From: an uncultured bacterium
Lineage (GTDB): Bacteria > Hydrothermota > UBA3073 > NMUJ01 > CBEVQO01
NCBI GenBank assembly: GCA_965552055.1
Contig: CBEVQO010000010.1
Location: forward strand, 16,712 to 80,711
Direction: 5' to 3'
DNA: 64,000 bases
Shown here: positions 59,698 to 64,000 of the stretch, piece after piece
How the letters are laid out: every line of letters starts with the position of its first letter
How positions within the stretch are numbered: position 1 is the first letter of the stretch
Position numbers and translations under genes: made by a program
The notes under the pieces: model-generated
The model's database searches: none
What the model was told of the DNA's origin: nothing
The model's input: only the letters and a program-made list of their open reading frames with translations

Positions 59698-61574
59698 TTT
59701 TCCTTTGATAAATAAAACTTCGCTCTCTCAATATTCCTTCTTGCTTTCTCAAAATTCGGATCTATTTGCAAAACCTTTTCCCACCAGAAAATCGCTTCCT
59801 CATAATCCTCATGAGCATAAGCCTCTATCCCACGAATATAATATTCTCTTAAATACTCTTTCTTCAATATTTCCCTTTTCTTCTCTATTGCTTTAACCAT
59901 CTGCAATGCTTTCCTGTGTCTTGGATTATAATACAAAATTTTCCTGAATTTACTTTCGGCATCAACATATCTTTCTTTTTTCAAAAGTTCTTCACCTTCT
60001 ATTAAATATTTATCGATTAACTCCCGAATTTTTTCTTCTATTTTCTTTTTCATCTCAAGAAGATTTGCATTTTGTGGCTCATATTTTAAACCTTTTTCCA
60101 CCTCTATTAATGCTTTTTTGTATTTCCCCTTTTTAAAAAGTTTTTCTGCATTTTTTATTCTATTTTCTACTTCTATTTTTATCCTTTCTCTTCCTTTTTT
60201 AATGCATTCCCTTGCTACATCGAGCCTTGGGTCAAGTTTTAAAGCTTTTTCCCACTCCCTTATAGCAAGTAGAAATTCATCCTGCGAGAAATAAGTTAAT
60301 CCCTTTGTAAAATGCTCCAATGCTGATTTTTTCGCATCTTTTACACTTAACTTCGTATTCATCTCTTCTACTTTTAATTTCAATGCTTTATCTGTTGTAT
60401 CTATTTCGAGAGCTTTTTTATATTCCCTGAGTGCATTTACATAATCACCCTTTTCCTCATATTCTCTTGCTTTTTCCTTTAATCTCATTTTTTTCATCCT
60501 TTTTATTTTTTCCCTAACTTCTTTTAATTTAATTTTTGCATCAACAAAATCTGGATACCATACAAGTGCAATATCATAATATGTTTCTGCATCTTCAAGT
60601 TTTCCTTCTTCTTCCAGTTGCTTTGCTCTTGCAAAAAACATTTCAGCAGTTGTCTTCTCCAATCTATCCATCTTTTCTTCTGCTTCTTCTCTTTTGCTCT
60701 CGATTTTTATTTCCTCACCTGTTATCTCCATTGCTTTTTTATAAGCATAAATCGCTTCATCAAATTGTCCTTTTCTGTCATACGCAGCTCCTAAACTTTT
60801 CCATGCTTCAGTATAATCGGGTTTTAATTCAACTGCTTTCTTAAAAGCCAAAATCGCTTTATCTACCATATTTTCATTTAAATAACAGGCACCCAAATTA
60901 TACCAGATATCAGGATTATCAGGTGAAAGCTGCGTAGCCCTTTCAAGATATTTAATCGCTGATTTATAATCACCTTTTAAACTATAAACAACACTTATAT
61001 TGCTCAACGCAGAAACATTCTCTGGATTAATCTCCAGTACTTTTAAAAATCCTTCTATCGCTTTATCATAATCCTTCATCTGATAATAAAGTACTCCCAA
61101 ACTATACCATGCGTTCTCGTTTGAAGGCTCGAGTTCCGTAACTTTCTTAAAAGCATTAACCGCACTCATCTTCGCACCCTTTTGCATGTATGTTACACCA
61201 AGATTATACCACGCAGATACATTATCGGGCTCTTTCGTCACAACCGTGTTAAAACATTTTATAGCGTTATCATACTCTTTCAAATTAGAATAACACACTC
61301 CAAGGTTATAAACTGTTGCTAAATCTTTTGGATTCAATTCTTTTGCTTTTTTCAAAGCATTGACCGCATTTTTATAATCTTCAATTAAAGAATAGGCGGT
61401 ACCAAGTTCTCTCCATGCTTCAAAGAAATCGGGCTTTAAAGAAACTGCTTCCTTAAAACATTTAATGGCTTCAGAATGCATTCCCCTCTTTAAATAAGAT
61501 ACTCCAAGATTATAAAGAATAGCAGGGTCTTTTTGCTCGACTAATATCAAAAATATTAAAACCAAACTCTTCAT
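59694..61574 (-). CDS. Large TPR-repeat protein
   Basis: Many W/YNLG…A…F.KA.EL.P units. Confidence 0.9.
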   Translation of the reverse strand: MKSLVLIFLILVEQKDPAILYNLGVSYLKRGMHSEAIKCFKEAVSLKPDFFEAWRELGTAYSLIEDYKNAVNALKKAKELNPKDLATVYNLGVCYSNLKEYDNAIKCFNTVVTKEPDNVSAWYNLGVTYMQKGAKMSAVNAFKKVTELEPSNENAWYSLGVLYYQMKDYDKAIEGFLKVLEINPENVSALSNISVVYSLKGDYKSAIKYLERATQLSPDNPDIWYNLGACYLNENMVDKAILAFKKAVELKPDYTEAWKSLGAAYDRKGQFDEAIYAYKKAMEITGEEIKIESKREEAEEKMDRLEKTTAEMFFARAKQLEEEGKLEDAETYYDIALVWYPDFVDAKIKLKEVREKIKRMKKMRLKEKAREYEEKGDYVNALREYKKALEIDTTDKALKLKVEEMNTKLSVKDAKKSALEHFTKGLTYFSQDEFLLAIREWEKALKLDPRLDVARECIKKGRERIKIEVENRIKNAEKLFKKGKYKKALIEVEKGLKYEPQNANLLEMKKKIEEKIRELIDKYLIEGEELLKKERYVDAESKFRKILYYNPRHRKALQMVKAIEKKREILKKEYLREYYIRGIEAYAHEDYEEAIFWWEKVLQIDPNFEKARRNIERAKFYLSKEK

Positions 61575-61924
61575 AACTCTATCTCTATTTTTTCGAGCTT
61601 ACATTCTGTTCCTTCTATTATGTCACAATCAATACTTCCACAGTAAGGGCATTCTGCAATGCCAAAATGGAACTCCGAAGGTCTCCCGATATATCCACAA
61701 TCGTTGCACTTTATTTTCACAGGCACAGAGTTTATAATAACATCACATACAAAGCCCGTTCGCATTTTTAAACCTTCTTTAACCCAGAATTCAATTTGCT
61801 CTTTATTAATCATAGCAAAATCACCAACACTCAAATAAACTTTTCTTATCCTTTTCGCCTTATATCGCTCCCCCTCATCCAAAGCAGTTCTTACGATCAT
61901 ACTTGCAAGCAAAAATTCATGCAT
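61571..61924 (-). CDS. hypA: Hydrogenase nickel metallochaperone HypA
   Basis: MHE N-terminus, CNDCG…CPYCGS, GTE. Confidence 0.9.
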   Translation of the reverse strand: MHEFLLASMIVRTALDEGERYKAKRIRKVYLSVGDFAMINKEQIEFWVKEGLKMRTGFVCDVIINSVPVKIKCNDCGYIGRPSEFHFGIAECPYCGSIDCDIIEGTECKLEKIEIEL

Positions 61925-63207
61925 TATTGCCCCACACCTCTGTAAATAAATCCGAGTTTTTCAACTTCACTTCTTTCAAAAATATTCCTGCCATCAGCAA
62001 TTACCGGTGTGCGCATTAATCCCCTTATCTTCTTCAAATCAAGATTTTTAAACTCTTCCCATTCTGTAATTATACAAAGGCAATCCGCATTTTCCGCTAC
62101 CTCATAAGGGTCTTTACAATACTCAATATCAGGATAAATCTTTTTCGCATTATCCATACTTACAGGGTCGTATGCCTTTATCTTTGCACCTTTTTTCTTC
62201 AAAATTTCAATTATGTAAACTGAAGGAGCTTCTCTCAAATCATCGGTATTCGGTTTGTAAGAAAGTCCAAGTATTCCAATAACTTTATCCTGCAAATTCC
62301 ATAAAATGTCCTCTATTTTTTCAACGAATCTTTCCCTCATCATAATGTTTATTTTTTCAACTTCTTTTAATAGTTTAAAATCAAATCCCAATTTTTCACA
62401 AATTTTATAAAAAGCCTTCAAATCCTTTGGAAAACAATAACCGCCGAAACCAACCCCTGCATTTAAAAATTCTTTTCCTATTCTTCTATCAAGTCCTATT
62501 CCTTCTGCAACTTTTTTTATATTCGCACCAACTTTGTCGCATATTATACTTATAGCATTTATGTAAGATATCTTCATCGCCAGAAAAGAGTTTGATGCAT
62601 GTTTTATCAGCTCTGCACTTTCAATATCCGTTACGAGTATCGGTGCTTTTATAGGTTCATAAATTTTTCGCAATATTTTTTCTGCACGCTCACTCTCCAC
62701 GCCTATCACAATTCTGTCAGGATTAAAGAAGTCATAAACTGCTGAACCTTCTCTCAAAAATTCCGGATTGGATGCTACATCAAATTCCGCTCCTTCTTTC
62801 TTTCTTAAATTCAGCACAAATTTTATCCTCTCTCCTGTCCTTACAGGAACCGTGCTCTTCTCGACAACAAGCTTATATCCGGTTGAAGTTTCTGCAATCT
62901 CTGTGGTAACTCTTTCAACTGCGGATAAATCAGCTTCTCCATCTTCACGCGAAGGCGTACCAACAGCAATGAAAATTACTTCCGCATCCTTCACTCCATT
63001 TTTCACATTATCAAAATATTTTATTCTCTCTTTATTTTTGTTCAACAAATCTTCAAGTCCCGGCTCATGAAACGGCATCTCTCCTTTCTTTAATTTCTCT
63101 ATTTTCGATTTATCGTTATCAACAAAAAATATTTCATGACCAAGTTCCGCAAAGCAAGCACCTGTTACAAGACCTACATGACCAGCACCAATTACTGCAA
63201 TTTTCAC
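61924..63207 (-). CDS. ugd: UDP-glucose 6-dehydrogenase
   Basis: GAGHVG, KSTVP, NPEFLREG, GFGGYCFPKD, KPNTDD.RE, DGRN. Confidence 0.95.
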   Translation of the reverse strand: MKIAVIGAGHVGLVTGACFAELGHEIFFVDNDKSKIEKLKKGEMPFHEPGLEDLLNKNKERIKYFDNVKNGVKDAEVIFIAVGTPSREDGEADLSAVERVTTEIAETSTGYKLVVEKSTVPVRTGERIKFVLNLRKKEGAEFDVASNPEFLREGSAVYDFFNPDRIVIGVESERAEKILRKIYEPIKAPILVTDIESAELIKHASNSFLAMKISYINAISIICDKVGANIKKVAEGIGLDRRIGKEFLNAGVGFGGYCFPKDLKAFYKICEKLGFDFKLLKEVEKINIMMRERFVEKIEDILWNLQDKVIGILGLSYKPNTDDLREAPSVYIIEILKKKGAKIKAYDPVSMDNAKKIYPDIEYCKDPYEVAENADCLCIITEWEEFKNLDLKKIRGLMRTPVIADGRNIFERSEVEKLGFIYRGVGQ

Positions 63208-63212
63208 CTCTT

Positions 63213-63239
63213 ATTTTACACAAAATATTTCTTTGTCAA
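63213..63239 (-). promoter_or_regulatory. TTGACA-N15-TAAAAT promoter, leaderless
   Basis: GTG 63207 lies 5 nt after -10. Confidence 0.7.
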
Positions 63240-63248
63240 GCTAAAATT

Positions 63249-63998
63249 TCATTCTAATATTATAATTTTATGAGCCAATCTCTTGCGATTCATTCTTAAA
63301 AAGTAAATGCCAGGTGATAAATTAAGCTCTTTCTTTATTACATATATGCCCGGCGATTTCATCCCTTCGTCAATCCTGCTTACCTCTCTTCCACTTGCAT
63401 CGTAAATCACAAAAGATATGTTTTGGGATTTAGATACACAGTATTTTATCCTGAGATTCTTTCTGGCAGGATTCGGATACAGTGATATTAGCCCTGTAAA
63501 TGATGGCTTAATACCTGCATGCGAAAAGTCAACATCAAAAACATTTCCCTGAATACCTCTGTCAGAATAGCAATAAACTGCAAATTTTTTCTTATTTTCT
63601 TTTAAATGCGGAAAAACTAATTTAACTTCCTCAATCCCATCTTTACTGACAATTATTATATCCTGTCTGTTTCCTTTTGACAATCTCATCGCAAATAGTG
63701 TATCATTTACATGCAAAGCGAAATCCTCCTTTTCAAATCTCAACCATACGATTCCTGCAGTTACAAAGCGTATTACAACACCGTATCCTTTATCTGTTTT
63801 AAAAACAGTTACAGGGAAACTACATCTCTCATATTCCGAAGGCTCACTTAATCCTTTATGATAATAATACCATTCAAACATTTTGCAGAATGCCGTTAAA
63901 TCCTTTATATCAAGTTTGCCGTCAAAATGCGGAATTAGATAAGGCTCTTTCCCGGTTACAGGTGCGAGCTCACGCTCAACCATGCGATTGTTCCAGAC
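63249..63998 (-). CDS. T9SS-CTD-bearing protein, 5' end outside the window
   Basis: Frame stays open past 63983 to the window edge; C-terminal LYPNP…IYDASGR…LSPGIYF. Confidence 0.75.
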   Translation of the reverse strand, partial: VWNNRMVERELAPVTGKEPYLIPHFDGKLDIKDLTAFCKMFEWYYYHKGLSEPSEYERCSFPVTVFKTDKGYGVVIRFVTAGIVWLRFEKEDFALHVNDTLFAMRLSKGNRQDIIIVSKDGIEEVKLVFPHLKENKKKFAVYCYSDRGIQGNVFDVDFSHAGIKPSFTGLISLYPNPARKNLRIKYCVSKSQNISFVIYDASGREVSRIDEGMKSPGIYVIKKELNLSPGIYFLRMNRKRLAHKIIILE

Positions 63999-64000
63999 AT

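Noticed and set aside
577..63070. Numerous short antisense or alternate-frame ORFs (e.g. 1264-1476, 10094-10468, 13680-14036, 31203-31643, 44122-44625, 56572-57012)
   Set aside because: Shadows of well-supported genes, with no motifs or initiation signals

Overview
AT-rich, very gene-dense bacterial chromosome segment. It probably comes from an anaerobic, possibly thermophilic, FCB-related candidate-phylum bacterium such as WOR-3; this is inferred from T9SS-type C-terminal domains, class III RNR and several archaeal-type families. Housekeeping content includes ftsK, nrdD/nrdG, pcm, surE, uvrA, ahcY, metF, thiC, split class I fumarase, rpmA, exbB-exbD-exbD-tonB, hypA, ugd and four tRNAs (Glu-CTC, Pro-CGG, Pro-GGG, Ala-GGC). 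Accessory content includes GT-C membrane glycosyltransferases (two split), an MNT-HEPN pair, a type II R-M pair, a fibre-like 15-aa-repeat protein and duplicated PaREP1 genes. Four observations stand out. (1) About 19 intergenic promoters read TTGACW-N15-TAnnnT, five of them perfect TTGACA-N15-TATAAT, instead of the canonical 17-bp spacer; many appear leaderless. (2) An 8-gene block (48.5-53.8 kb) combines two DnaB-helicase-fragment proteins, an ECF-like sigma factor, a membrane SH3b-like protein and two PD-(D/E)XK nucleases. (3) Both tRNA-Pro genes supply the TAG stop codon of the upstream CDS. (4) A nuclease-like protein ends in a VapB-type tail and precedes a frameshifted vapC. All calls are by-eye motif recognition; no searches were run.
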